Of a stretch of 64,000 nt of DNA, positions 52,657 to 64,000 are shown piece after piece. Below the pieces are notes generated by a model, which worked only from the letters and a program-made list of their open reading frames with translations, was not told where the DNA came from and did no database searches. Position numbers and translations under genes: made by a program. The first letter of the stretch is position 1. Each line of letters starts with the position of its first letter. The DNA is from Felis catus (Eukaryota), in assembly GCF_018350175.1 (NCBI RefSeq), contig NC_058381.1, forward strand, positions 55,366,001 through 55,430,000, read 5' to 3'.

Positions 52657-53085
52657 CTACTCCGACATCTGAGCCGCTCGCCCCGGGAGGGAGGGGGGAG
52701 AAGGATCTCCGGCTGCCTGGGGAGCCGCCCCCGGGCGGCCCCTGGGTCCTAAACACCCTGCTCCCGAGCGCGCAGGAGTGACCCACGCGAGGCCTTGCCC
52801 TGTTCCAAAAGTGGTCACCTCAGCACCCCGCCCCATGAGGCCTAGTCTGCGGACAGTCCGGAGTCTGTCGTCACGGGAGCCCCAGCTCTGGAGCTCCCGA
52901 TGTCTCCACCCGTCAAAGGGACGGGCCAAGGGCTGGGGAGGGGTGTCCGAGGGCAGTCTGGATCGCTAGGACAGTGGGCCTAGGAGGGGTCTGAGGACTG
53001 ACCCCCAGACGGCGAGAAGCACCCTGCGTCCCGGCTGCCACCACCGCCACCGCCCGCCCCACCACCGCGGGGTCGGGGAGGCGCG

Positions 53086-53103
53086 CTCCAGCAGGGGGCG
53101 CTG
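53086..53103 (+). promoter_or_regulatory. CTCF motif between USH1G and OTOP2
   Basis: CTCCAGCAGGGGGCGCTG, essentially consensus. Confidence 0.65.
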
Positions 53104-53661
53104 GAAGACTGGACGCGGACTCCGCGCGCCTCTGGTGAACTTGATACCCAAACCCGGCTTGCGGCTTCCAGCCGAGCAGAAGACTCCGGGGAGGGAGAGA
53201 GGAAGTAGGAACTTCGACCACTGTGAGGGTGTCAGGGAAAGGGGCACTGGGGTCCCGATCTTGGGGCAGCAACAGAGGGGCGCGAAGGTATAGGGCGCGC
53301 CGGGGCTGGGAGGGCGTCCGGGTGCCTGTGAGCCCTCGGGGCGTGTATCGAGCATCATCAGTGCTCGGGGCTCTGGGCGGCCGGGGTCGCGGAGCCCGAG
53401 GGCGCGGTGGGCGCCCGGGGCGGGGTGCCCTCTGGGTGTCGCAGTGCGGGGCTGCGCCCGAGCCATGCCGCTCCGAGGTGACGGGACGGCGGGGGCGGGG
53501 GAGGGGGGCGCCTCTTAACGGGTAAATATAAATCTTACCTTATCTGGCTCCCGCGCGCTCTTCCCTAAATTCAGCTCAGAGAAAAGATGGATCATGTGAG
53601 TGGGGCTGAGAGATTTATGGAGCTGAGCTCCCGCGGCTGTAAATCACCCTGCCCTCCCCGG

Positions 53662-53668
53662 TATAAAG
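53662..53668 (+). promoter_or_regulatory. OTOP2: OTOP2 TATA box
   Basis: TATAAAG about 30 nt before a short putative exon ending at donor CAG|GTGGGT (53751). Confidence 0.6.
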
Positions 53669-53689
53669 CGCCCGTCCAGCCCGCTGTGG

Positions 53690-53751
53690 GAAAGAGGAGA
53701 CGCTCGCCACCCCCTGACCCCCAGCTCAGCGCGGGCTCCCGGCCCAGCCAG
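53690..53751 (+). other. OTOP2: OTOP2 non-coding exon 1 (start approximate)
   Basis: Donor at 53751/53752; next acceptor tccacag at 53927 gives 34 nt of 5'UTR before the ATG. Confidence 0.55.
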
Positions 53752-53961
53752 GTGGGTGCCCGGACCAGACGGAAAACGGATTGGGGAGTGGGGAGTGGGG
53801 ACTTAGGACGGCGTCCGACGGGGCTGCCCGCCGCCGCCTTTCTTTCCCTCTGCCCTCGAGCCAGATACCCGAAGGGTCGCAGAGCCCTCGGGGTTGACCC
53901 GGGGTCCTGTTCGCTCCTCCTCCACAGTGACCCCCTCCAACCTCGCCCAGTCGCCCCTGCC

Positions 53962-54274
53962 ATGTCCGAGGAGCTGGCCCAGGGACCCAAGGAGAGCCCG
54001 CCGGCGCCGAGGGCAGGCTCCCGCGAAGTGTGGAAGAAGGGCGGCCGCCTGCTGTCGGTGCTGCTGGCCGTGAACGTGCTGCTCCTCGCCTGCACGCTCA
54101 TCAGCGGCGGCGCCTTCAACAAGGTAGCGGTGTACGACACGGACGTGTTCGCGCTGCTCACCACCATGATGCTGCTCGCCTCCCTCTGGACCCTCTTCTA
54201 CCTCCTCCGGACCGTGCGCTGTCCCAACGCCGTTCCCTACCGGGACGCGCACGCCGGCCCCATCTGGCTTCGAG
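53962..54274 (+). CDS. OTOP2: OTOP2 first coding exon ([11 protein letters not shown]...HAGPIWLR)
   Basis: GCCATG start, donor GTGCCA, 313 nt. Confidence 0.94.
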
Positions 54275-57200
54275 GTGCCAGGGGAGGTGGTGGGGGGAGG
54301 AAGTGGGAGGCAGGCGGGGAGCCAGAGGCTGGGACTCTCAGAGGAACTGTGGAGTCCGCGTCAAGGTAGGGGGCTGGGAAGTCCCTCCCCTCTGCCCCCC
54401 ACACACGCACCCCCCCCCCCCCGGGACTAGATGTGGCTGAGAATGCAATGGGCTGCCGTTGTGAGAGAAGAGGAAGAGAAAGAATCTTGGAAGAAGAGTG
54501 AAGGGAGGGGTGGGAGGGGATTTCTCCGCCCTTTCTAAAGATTGAAAGAGGGTGGTCATGGGAGAGCCTTTGATGGACAGCAGAGAACAAACGCCAGCTG
54601 TAGCTGAAAGGCCCCCACATAAGGCCCTTCTTCCTCCAATCTGTGCAACCCCAAAGAGATAGCGGCTCAGTAGGATACCCATCCATCCACTCACTCGATC
54701 CTATAGTCATCCTTCCATCCACCCATTCATCTTTCCATCCATCCATTTATCCATCCATCCATCCATCCATCGTCCAACCATCCACCCAGCCAGCCAGCCA
54801 TCTATCCATCCCCTCACCCACCCCATTCATCTGTCCCTTGATCCTCCCACCTGCCCCACTCATTCTTCCATCCACCCAACCATCCAACCCACCACCCATC
54901 TAGCCATCCATCGCCAGATCTATAAACCATTGCCTCTGACCCATCCCCCACCCCTCACTCCCAGGCGGGCTGGTGCTGTTTGGGATCTGCACTCTCGTCA
55001 TGGATGTCTTCAAGACTGGCTACTACTCCAGTTTCTTTGAGTGCCAGTCAGCCATCAAGATCCTGCACCCTCTCACCCAGGCTGTGTTTGTCATCGTCCA
55101 GGTGGGTGGGAAGAGTGTTCCTGAGTGTGGTGGAAGGAGCCAGCATCTGGCATGAGGTCAGGAGATCTCCACTCCTCTTCAACCCTGAGCAATCAAATAA
55201 GGTGGGGATAGGACTGTAGTGTGTATCCTATGAGTGCATAAATCCGGAAGCACTTGGAAATGAAGTAATATCCAAATGTGAGCTCCTACTTAGGGGTCTT
55301 GTGATTTCATTTCAACCTAAGCAGTGACAATATCAACATCTAGGATGTCTGGGTTGTGGCAGCTGCCATGTCTCCTAGAACCTGGCTTGCCCTCCCTGGG
55401 TGCCGGTAGAGGGCATCATTCTCAGCCCAGGGTCTCGCTGTGGGCATGGCCTGTTTGGCCTCAGCTACTGCCCATATGTTCTCTATTTGTTCAGGAAATA
55501 GGGTTCAAACAAGTTCAAGTATATATTTTTTTTATTTGTTGCATAAATAACACTGAAAGGTCTCATGATTGAGCTGAGGCAGGACTGGTCTTACATGGGA
55601 CCAGATCAGATAGATCCCAGCCCTGTATCATGACCAGAATGACCACATGTAGGGTTCCATCTCCTGAAACATCACCCCTGCTGTGCAGATTTCCACAGTT
55701 CAACATACTTATGACTTTGGTAATTATATAGTTTTACTCTTTTACATTTTATGGGTTTGAAGTGTACTCGGGTAAAATGAAATTGCAGATACCCCCACAT
55801 CAACAAATACCATGACGAGGATTTATTGGCAACCAGGTGAGAGCGAGCATTTCAATGAAACAAAGGACGGAGGTGGGGCAGGGGATGTTGACCCCCAAAA
55901 TGCCAAGAGTTTACAGGTAACAGTTTGCAGACTGTGAAAGAACACGAGAACTATTTTATATACACTGTTTCATAGAAAGAAAGAAAGCTCCCAACTCCTT
56001 TTGTAAAAACTTGGTAAGCTAGTATGGGGGGTTCTTGAGGTAGAGAGAACATTCTGCTGGGTTTGGACATGGGAACTCCAGAGTTTAGCCCATCTGCAGA
56101 GTGAGTGACCTCCCCCCCCCACCCCGCCCCGCTCTCTCTCAACAGACTTACTTTCTCTGGGTCTCCGCTAAGGACTGTATTCACGTCCACCTGGATCTGA
56201 CCCGGTGAGTCCCTGCTCCACAGCTCAATGCCCATCTGGCTTGAGAGATGAAGGCTTTCCAACCTGGGGCATGGGGTCCACTTTCTGCCTCCTGGGTGTG
56301 GTTTCAACCAAGGCCCCTTTGCTTCACCAGCAAGATTTCCACCATTTTGTCCTGTGCTGTGTGTACTGTGTATATGTGTGTGCCTGTGTGTTTTGGTGGG
56401 ATGGGTTGTGTGGTAAATTATGTGTGCTTTCCTCTAGAAGAGGGAGCAGCAGTGGCCTGAGCCTCTGAACCCCTTCCCCGCCCCACGCCCTCTCTTGGGT
56501 AGCATCCTGGCCAGACTTAGAGTGCCTTCCAAACTCGACTTCTCTGTTCACACAGGGGCTTGACCGCTTTCTTGCTTCCCGGCATCATCTCCTAGTCTAG
56601 CTCCCCAGTTCTCCATCTGCCCCAGGGACCCACGAGGGGCCAGACTCCCACTGGCCTCTTTGCTCCCCCTCCCCAAACAGGTGTGGTCTCATGTTCACCC
56701 TCACCACCAACCTGGCCATCTGGATGGCGGCCGTGGTGGACGAGTCCGTGCACCAGACTCATTCCTATGACAGTTCCCACAGCAACACCAGCCACCACCG
56801 CTTCACTCCTGACCGTGAGTGTTCACTCCAGATTAACCCTGGTCTGGGACTTCTAGGCCTTGGGTTGGATGCTTGTGCACCAGGACAGTCAGTCTCCCTT
56901 GCCCTCCCAAGCGAGGAGAGCCTCCCCTCCTCCAGGCTCCACGCAGGCGTAGGTGACACCTGAGGGAGGGTGTCAGGGGGCATCTTCTCATTCTGGAGGA
57001 TGTGGCCTTGGCCCCATGGTTCGGGTCTCCATTCCACCAAAGACTTGGGCTCCAGAATGAAAAGGTAAGGGTGATCAAAGTGGAGAGAAGGGAAGGGAGG
57101 CAGAGTTGGCTTGATGGCAGAAGCATGGGCTACAGTCTGTCAAGAAGAAGCTAGAAAGAATAATCACAACGATAATAGTGACATTTTACTGACTCTGTAT

Positions 57201-57541
57201 GTCAGGTGCTGTGCTAAGTGTCCTAGACACTTGATCTTACTTAACCCTCACAACTTCCCAATGAGATGGGCACTATTATTATTCCCATATTACAGATACA
57301 GAAAGTAAGGCATAGAAGGTTAAATAGTTTACCCAAGGTCACAGAGCTTGAAATTGGAGAACTAGTGTTGAGATCCATCTTTGCTTTGAGCCAATATGCT
57401 GTACCGAGGAAAAATAGGGTCCATAGGCCCCCTGGTCCTAGTTCTCTCGACTTCTGTAGGGTCTCCCACCAACCAGGACCAGACTAGATGACTAGGTCCA
57501 TCTGGACTTTGCCTGAACACACACACGCACACAGACGCGCG

Positions 57542-57580
<39 letters not shown>

Positions 57581-60500
57581 TGGAAGGGTGCAGGAACGGA
57601 AAGCATAGAGGAGAGCCCAGCCCAGCAAGACTGATAAAGGGCCACCTTGCACATACAGAGAGTTCCTGAGGATGGTTTAAAACAACCCGGAGAGGTGGCC
57701 AACTTAACATACTGGGGCCCCAGGGGTGCAGAGAGGCTCATTAGAAAGGTATCTACCCAGGGGTTGGGAGGTAGGTCAATAGTTCTGCCCTCACAAGCCA
57801 CACTTTACTTACGTGAGCCTCAGTTTCTGCACCTGCAAAACCAGCAGGCATAGTTCTGGGGATTGAAAGGGGTGTTTGCCAAGATCCAAGGCATTCTATA
57901 AAGTGCACTCTGGACACGGCAAGGTTCTTATAGATGGGCTGCAAACCAAAATGACGGGAGGTCACAGGAGACTCCCGGGCAAAGCAGCTCACATTCTGGG
58001 CTGAGTCGGATGTTGGGGAGAGCTGCGAGGAAGCTTGAACTTTCGGGGTTCCCAGGAGGGCCACCATCTCTCAGGACCAGAACTCTCCTATGCTGGGGAG
58101 CCAGGGGTGATTACTAGCCGGGAAGGATCGGAAATGTTTGCCTAAAGGACAAAGGGCAGTTCTGCAGTACAGATGTGTGTTCATCGAGCGCCAGCTACTA
58201 TTGTTTACTGACATCTCTGGCACATAGTAGGCGCTCAATAAATACCTGGTACAATGAATGACCATGCCAGGCCCAGTGCAGGTGTTTGGGATAAGGTAGT
58301 GAACATGTCCAACTGTGATTCCACCCTAACAAAAGTCACAGTCTAAAGGTGAGACTCTTCAGGTGGGGTGCCTCCAGGAAGGCGGGAGGGCAGTCCAGCT
58401 CTGTGCCCCTCTCTCCACAGCGGAGCGTGCAGGCAGCTCGGTGGGAGGAGACTGTCCGTGCAACACAGCCATCTGCCAGATCTTCCAGCAGGGTTACCTC
58501 TACCTGTATCCCTTTAACATTGAGTACAGCCTCTTTGCTTCCACCATGCTGTATGTCATGTGGAAGAATGTGGGCAGGCTGCTGGCCTCCTCCGCCCATG
58601 GCCACGGCCACACCCCGTCCCGGGTCAGCCTCTTCCGGGAGACCTTTTTCGCTGGCCCAATCCTGGGCCTGATGCTCTTTGTGGTGGGGCTGGCCGTCTT
58701 CATCATCTACGAGGTCCAAGTGAGTGGGGAGAGGGGCCGCACCCAGCAGGCCCTGGTCATCTATTACAGCTTCAACATCATCTGTCTGGGCCTCATGACC
58801 TTGGTCAGCCTGAGTGGCTCAGTCATCTACCGTTTTGATCGCCGGGCCATGGATCACCATAAGAACCCCACTCGAACCCTGGACGTGGCGCTGTTGATGG
58901 GTGCCGCCCTGGGTCAATACGCTATTTCCTACTACTCTATTGTAGCCGTGGTGGTGGGCGCACCCAGGGACCTACTCGGGGGGCTCAACCTAGCCCATGC
59001 TCTGCTCATGATTGCCCAGCACACCTTCCAGAATGTGTTCATCATCGAGAGCCTCCACCGGGGACCACCCGGGGTTGAGCCTCGTGATACCACCCCCAAG
59101 GAGCCCTGCCGTGGCCTGACCTTTGCCAACCTGGATGCCCTCCACACCTTGCCTGCCTGCCCAACCACCCCCAGGCTGGTTGGTCCCAGCCCAGAGGGTG
59201 CTCAGGAAGCAGTGGCCATCATCTTGGCCCCCAGGGGACACTGGAGACGCCGGTGCCTGAAGGACATTTCTCTGTTTCTCCTGCTTTGCAATGTCATCGT
59301 GAGTAACTGAGGGTCAGGGTTGGGTGGAGAGATGGGGATGGGCTGGGGGGAAGAGAAGGCCAAGGAAGGATGTTCTTCCAGGTTTATTCACTCGGCCTTC
59401 TCTGTCTTGCCCCCAGCCCACTCGAAAACACTAAAGCTCTCTAGGAGAAAAAGAGGTTCAGAGAGGGTCAGATGCAGCCCCCAGGCAAACAGCATCTCAG
59501 GGCAGAGAGGGAAAATGAAATCCCAGCCTTCTGGTGGCTAGGCTGCAGATGGAACTGGAGGGGCCCCCAGGAAATGCTGGCATGGGGGCTGGGTGGAGGT
59601 GAGAGGGAGCTGTGATGTGGAGTGGGGGTGCCCTCACCCCTAGGTAGAAGGTGTGACTTCTCCTGGGAACTTGTGACCAGACTGTTTCTCAGGATAATTG
59701 GAGCAGCATCAGGAAGTAGAAGAGACCAGCATAAGTGTGAGCAGTCTCAGCAGAGCGCAGCTGCGGGCTGGCCTGGAAGGGGGGGGTGTTCACAACAGCG
59801 CCTCCTCCCTGCTAATTCAGCAAAACCCCTTACTAAGAGAAACTCCTGTGTTAGCAACAGACTCCACTCCAGGGCAGAAACACTCTCCATGAAGGCACAC
59901 CCCGATCAGGAAATACCCCTCGTGTGGCTATAACCTAATAGAGAAATACTCCAGTATGGATCTACTCCCCGGGAGGGAAAGTTCTCATATGTAAACATGT
60001 ACTCGTGTGAGCACATCCCACGTAAAGAACACGTCTTCTGAAGCTTCTTTCGATATAAAAATGGCCCTCTCAGCTGCAACCTCCAACAGAATAAGATCCC
60101 TAATATACAAACACCCTTCATGTGGGTCTATCCCGATGTTGGGCACATCTCCAGATTCCATGCCAGTGCACGCTATGGAAAATATACCAACAGGCCTGCC
60201 TTGGGTGCTTTCTCAGTGTGTCCCCACTGTGAATACTTCCCAACCAGCAGATAATCTGTTAAAGAAAAAAAAAAAGAAGAAGTAAAAGAGTGATCACCAA
60301 TCTTTGACCCTCCAGTAAAAGCAATAAGGTTCAAAACCTCCTTATATCTTGGGCCAACCTGGAAGCCCGCCCCCAGCCTGGCCCCGCCCTCACCTTCCGT
60401 CCCCAGGTCCCAACTGCAGGCTGAGAACCACCTTCTGGGAGGCTGTTTTTCTCCAGGTATCTGTTCCTGGGTCAACTCTAGGAACATCGTCTCCAACCCC

Positions 60501-61340
60501 TTCATTTCGCATGACCCAAAGAGGCTCAGAAAGGGGCTGTGTGTGTCCAAGGGCACAGTGAACTGGGGTTGAAGAGGGTGGGGCTGGCCCAGAAGCCCTC
60601 ATTCTTTGCCTCATACCCCACACCCCAACCGTCTGAGCTCCAGCCAGAGAGGAAGCATGATTCCAGCTTTCACATCCTCCCAGACCTGGGAAAGGGGTGG
60701 AGCTGGAGAACAGAGATCATGGAGGGCGGTGGGGGGTACACTTCTGGGTGGATCCAGACACACCCCCTCCCCCGCCCTGGGCCTGTCTGGTTCCACCAAC
60801 ACCGGGCATACATCTCTCCAGGGCAGAGCTGCTGATGTAGCCATTTGTACCAAATTCTCACATCATCTATTTTCCCCACCTCCGCATCTCACAAATGAGC
60901 CATAATAACAGGGTAGATGTGATCACAGGGGGAGCCCCAGCCTGGGGGTGGGCAAATTCAGTTGGCTGCATTTCCTGAGCTGCTTAAGTGAGTGCCAGGT
61001 CCTACCCAAGACGCCAAAGGTCCCCACTCACCAACACCCAGCCCTTGCCGTCCAACAAACTGGAGGGCTGGGACCCCCATCTTGCCACACCCCTGCCTCA
61101 GCAAAGCCCACAGAAATGACCCTCAAGGCCAGCCGGGCCAGGTCCTGATGCGCCCCTCTCTCTGCACAGCTGTGGATCATGCCTGCCTTCGGAGCCCGTC
61201 CTCACTTCAGCAACACTGTGGAAGTGGACTTCTATGGCTACTCGCTCTGGGCAGCCATCGTCAACATCTGCCTGCCTTTCGGCATCTTCTACCGTATGCA
61301 CGCTGTCTCCAGCCTGCTGGAGGTCTACGTGTTGTCTTGA
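53962..61340 (+). CDS. OTOP2: Proton channel otopetrin-2; 6 coding exons, 563 aa
   Basis: join(53962-54274,54965-55101,56146-56204,56681-56814,58421-59298,61170-61340) = 1692 nt. Otopetrin motifs [11 protein letters not shown] and [12 protein letters not shown]. Confidence 0.96.
54677..54912. repeat. Degenerate (CCAT)n tetranucleotide repeat in OTOP2 intron
   Basis: Direct reading. Confidence 0.9.
54965..55101 (+). CDS. OTOP2: OTOP2 coding exon 2 ([20 protein letters not shown]...VFVIVQ)
   Basis: Acceptor cccag, donor GTGGGT, 137 nt. Confidence 0.95.
56146..56204 (+). CDS. OTOP2: OTOP2 coding exon 3 ([19 protein letters not shown])
   Basis: Acceptor caacag, donor GTGAGT, 59 nt. Confidence 0.94.
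56681..56814 (+). CDS. OTOP2: OTOP2 coding exon 4 ([22 protein letters not shown]...)
   Basis: Acceptor aaacag, donor GTGAGT, 134 nt. Confidence 0.95.
57200..57380 (-). mobile_element. MIR
   Basis: cccatattacagat..., cccaaggtcacagagct core. Confidence 0.75.
57517..57579. repeat. (CA)n/(CG)n alternating purine-pyrimidine tract
   Basis: Direct reading. Confidence 0.95.
58421..59298 (+). CDS. OTOP2: OTOP2 coding exon 5 (878 nt)
   Basis: Acceptor ccacag, donor GTGAGT; lies within ORF 58363-59310. Confidence 0.96.
61170..61340 (+). CDS. OTOP2: OTOP2 last coding exon ([15 protein letters not shown]...LLEVYVLS*)
   Basis: Acceptor gcacag, stop TGA 61338-61340. Confidence 0.95.
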   Translation: MWIMPAFGARPHFSNTVEVDFYGYSLWAAIVNICLPFGIFYRMHAVSSLLEVYVLS

Positions 61341-62119
61341 AGCCCCCAAGAGAGACACGCAGGGGTGGGGCTTGGCTTGCGTGTCTATTCAGAGACCCCG
61401 CCCCCCCCCAGGAGAGAACCCCAGGCTGGCAGTCACTGTGCCACATTACCACCCATTCCCACTGGCCCCAGGGTAGAATTTTCACAAAAGTTATTTTTCC
61501 AGGATGAGTTTTTAAATCATAGTCAGGACATACCCACCCACCCCAGCAGGACCCTGGGGTATGGAGTGACCAGGGAAGGGAGACCTCTCCCCATAAAGTA
61601 TCTAGGACCAGGCAAGATCTGCAAGTGTCCGTGGCTCTGGTGCCGCCCCTAATCCCAGCCTTGTGGCCTGGCCGGGACTGCTGCCTGGAGCTGGAACCAC
61701 CTGCAGTTTGCCCCTCCGCCCCCCACTTCTTGTCTCAGCTTCCCTGTCTGAGCTGATTGCCAGAGAGGCTCCTGTGGGTCAGAGCTGGAAGGAACCCCGG
61801 AGATTCTCAAGTCTCAAGCTTTTCAGTGGGTGAACCAAGTGTGAGTTATAGACTGGCTACAGACCAGTACCTGGGTGCCTGGGACGGGCTGGACGGGGTA
61901 CCCAGGCTGCCGTCTTCCTCTTCCCCTTATTCTCAAATGTCAAATACATTTGTTTATGTGTTCCGTGAGGCATGAAAGGTTAGGAAGGACCGACCTGGTC
62001 AACTACCATTTTACAAAGAAAGTAACAGAGGCCCAGAGAGGCAAAGTGACTTGCCCAAGGTCACAGAGCCTTTCCGCTAAGCATAATGATTTTCAAACAG
62101 CAGAACTTCTTTTTCCTCA

Positions 62120-62125
62120 AATAAA
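62120..62125 (+). terminator. OTOP2: Candidate OTOP2 poly(A) signal AATAAA
   Basis: First canonical AATAAA I found after the stop, about 780 nt downstream. Confidence 0.5.
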
Positions 62126-62829
62126 ATATTTCAGGAACCCAAGTTTATAGCATAAACAGGGCTGTTCTAGTTTAAAAGGTGTCGGGGGACACAGAACCTT
62201 ACAACAGGGCCTTCTCTTACCCACCACTCCGACTCCATGGGCTTCTAATCTAGGAAAGGCATAGGTAGATTTAGCAGGATGAGAACATGAGGAAGTCCGG
62301 CAGACAGAGATTGAAAAGAAGACCCTGACAGCTAGAAGAGGGGGAAGATTCGGTGTCCAGCCACAGCGAGGTGAAGGGGGACAGGCTAGAGGGGCCGAAG
62401 GGTCACTTCGGTGACCACTTCGGTGGACAGCGGTGGGGGCTGGGGCGTGGGGAGCGTGGGGGCAGAAGCACGTAGAACACAGGGAGTTTAAGAGGAAGCC
62501 GCGCCCAGACTCTGCCCGCAGAATGAGATGGGCAGGTCTCAGAGGCTGCAGGAGGAGTGAGGAGGGCCAGAGGGGGCCGCTGCCCCCACCCCACCTGCCT
62601 CCTGTGGGTTGGAATGAGGTCTCTTCTGCCCCAAGTTCACGTTCGACTTAGGGAGACAGAGTGGAGTGGCGAGTTTGCTGCAAGACCGCACCCCTACCAG
62701 GTGCTGGGTGGGGTACAGGAAAAGGTGACACCAAACCTGGGGGGGGGGGGGGTCCAGTCTGTTCCCTGCTTGGCTGCCGTAGGAAAGTGTGGCCTGAGCC
62801 TCGCAGGACCTTTGCCGAGACCTAATGGC

Positions 62830-63260
62830 CTAAGGACGGTGCACCCCAGTCCACCCCGGAGGCGGGCGGCCGCGGGTCCTCTGACCCTGAGGCCCTAAGC
62901 CGCAGGGCCTCCGGCCCCGCCCGCCCGCCTAGCTGCCTCGCTATTGGCTGCAGCGTCTGGGAGCCCCTGGCTGGGTAATTAACGAAGGTTTAATGAGATC
63001 CCCAAAGTCAACAGAAAAATCGATGGGCCACGGAGCCTGAGCAGCGGCTGCGCAGTCCCTCAGGGGAGGGCGTCGGGGGCATCGGTGCGGGCCCGGGGGC
63101 CTCACCTGGACTGAAGATCCGCGCTGCGCCGGCAGTCGGTCAGCCGGGGCGATGCCAGCCCAGGCCTCAGGTAAGGCTCCCGGCGGCGGCGCCAGGCCCC
63201 GGAGCTCCCTTCGACTGCCGGCGGGACTTCCCGGGCGTGCCCATCCTTGACATTTACCCC
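62830..63260 (+). promoter_or_regulatory. OTOP3: OTOP3 CpG-island promoter
   Basis: CpG-rich; GC box about 62915; inverted CCAAT 62943; TAATTAA element. Confidence 0.6.
63152..63170 (+). CDS. OTOP3: OTOP3 first coding mini-exon (MPAQAS + 1 nt); rest of gene beyond window
   Basis: GCGATG followed after 19 nt by a consensus donor CAG|GTAAGG; synteny downstream of OTOP2. Confidence 0.7.
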
Positions 63261-64000
63261 TGCTTCGGGTTCAAGGACTAGGGGCTGTAGGGGTAAGGGA
63301 GGGAGGGCGGGATGACTAGGGGGAGGCCAACCCCTGGCGACCCGAGAACCAACCCTTCTCTATCCCGCACCCCAACCCTGGCTCCGCTGCCCACCTTCTT
63401 CCCGCGAATAGGGGGCACACAAAAATCAGCAAGGCGGGTCCCACCCTAGCCGGTCTGGGGGCGCACAGCCAAAAGTGGGTGCTGAGGCCAGGAAGAATCA
63501 AAACCCAGGATGGCTGGGTCAAGGGCTGTGGGGTTGGGGCTGCCTGGACATCTGGTCTGAGGTATATGTGTAGCGGCTGCCCCGGGCACCGCGGTCCCTC
63601 CAGTGGCTCAGAGAGAAACCCCCAAGGTCCCAGCCCGCGCTCAGCTGCCTCCTCCCGAGCTGGTCCTGCGGCTCCGGGCCAGGCGCCACGCCCCGACGGC
63701 TCCGCGGTTTTCATCATCACCTGTCTCTAATCGCGACCAACAAACCAGTTTGGTGTCCGGGCCCTCCCTTGGACTGGCGTCGCGCCAAGGGACGTGCCAG
63801 AGGGCGTCGGATTCCTCCTTGTCAGTCCTGGGTGCCCTAGCCTCTTTCCCGCGCCCCCCAAATTGTCCCACCCTGGCACCCTCCCCGCCGCAGACCGAAT
63901 TCGACCACTTCCAGGACTCCCTCTAGCGGCCGTTGGAGGGTAGGATTTGGGGGTGGGGAGGGCAAGGAAGGGGACCCTGAAGAGAGAGGACCTGGAACCT

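Noticed and set aside
53587-53961. In-frame upstream ATG extending OTOP2 by 125 aa
   Set aside because: Lies upstream of the TATA box and reads through intron 1; unlikely to be in the mRNA

Overview
Mammalian genomic DNA from a feliform carnivore (about 25 SINEC_Fc-type Can-SINEs), syntenic with human 17q25.1. Left to right: the 5' CpG island and non-coding first exon of GRIN2C (-); complete FDXR (-, 12 exons, 492 aa); complete FADS6 (-, 6 exons, 342 aa); complete USH1G/SANS (-, 3 exons, 461 aa); complete OTOP2 (+, 6 coding exons, 563 aa) sharing a divergent promoter region with USH1G; and the first coding mini-exon of OTOP3 (+). All exon boundaries were read from the sequence (GT-AG, phases consistent, no frameshifts). 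There are three N gaps. Repeats include Can-SINEs, L1/L2/MIR, MER20/MER58/MER5 and a MER21-like LTR. I found no evidence of a wholly new gene system, and most long ORFs in the track are GC-rich shadows. The best leads are regulatory or structural: an SF-1 site cluster in FDXR intron 2, CTCF motifs at gene junctions, a USH1G stop codon encoded identically with or without splicing, a disabled upstream OTOP3 start, a spacer-less inverted SINE pair, and a 22-kb SINE-free zone over USH1G-OTOP2. Comparisons with human sequences and repeat-family names are from memory and need alignment to confirm.
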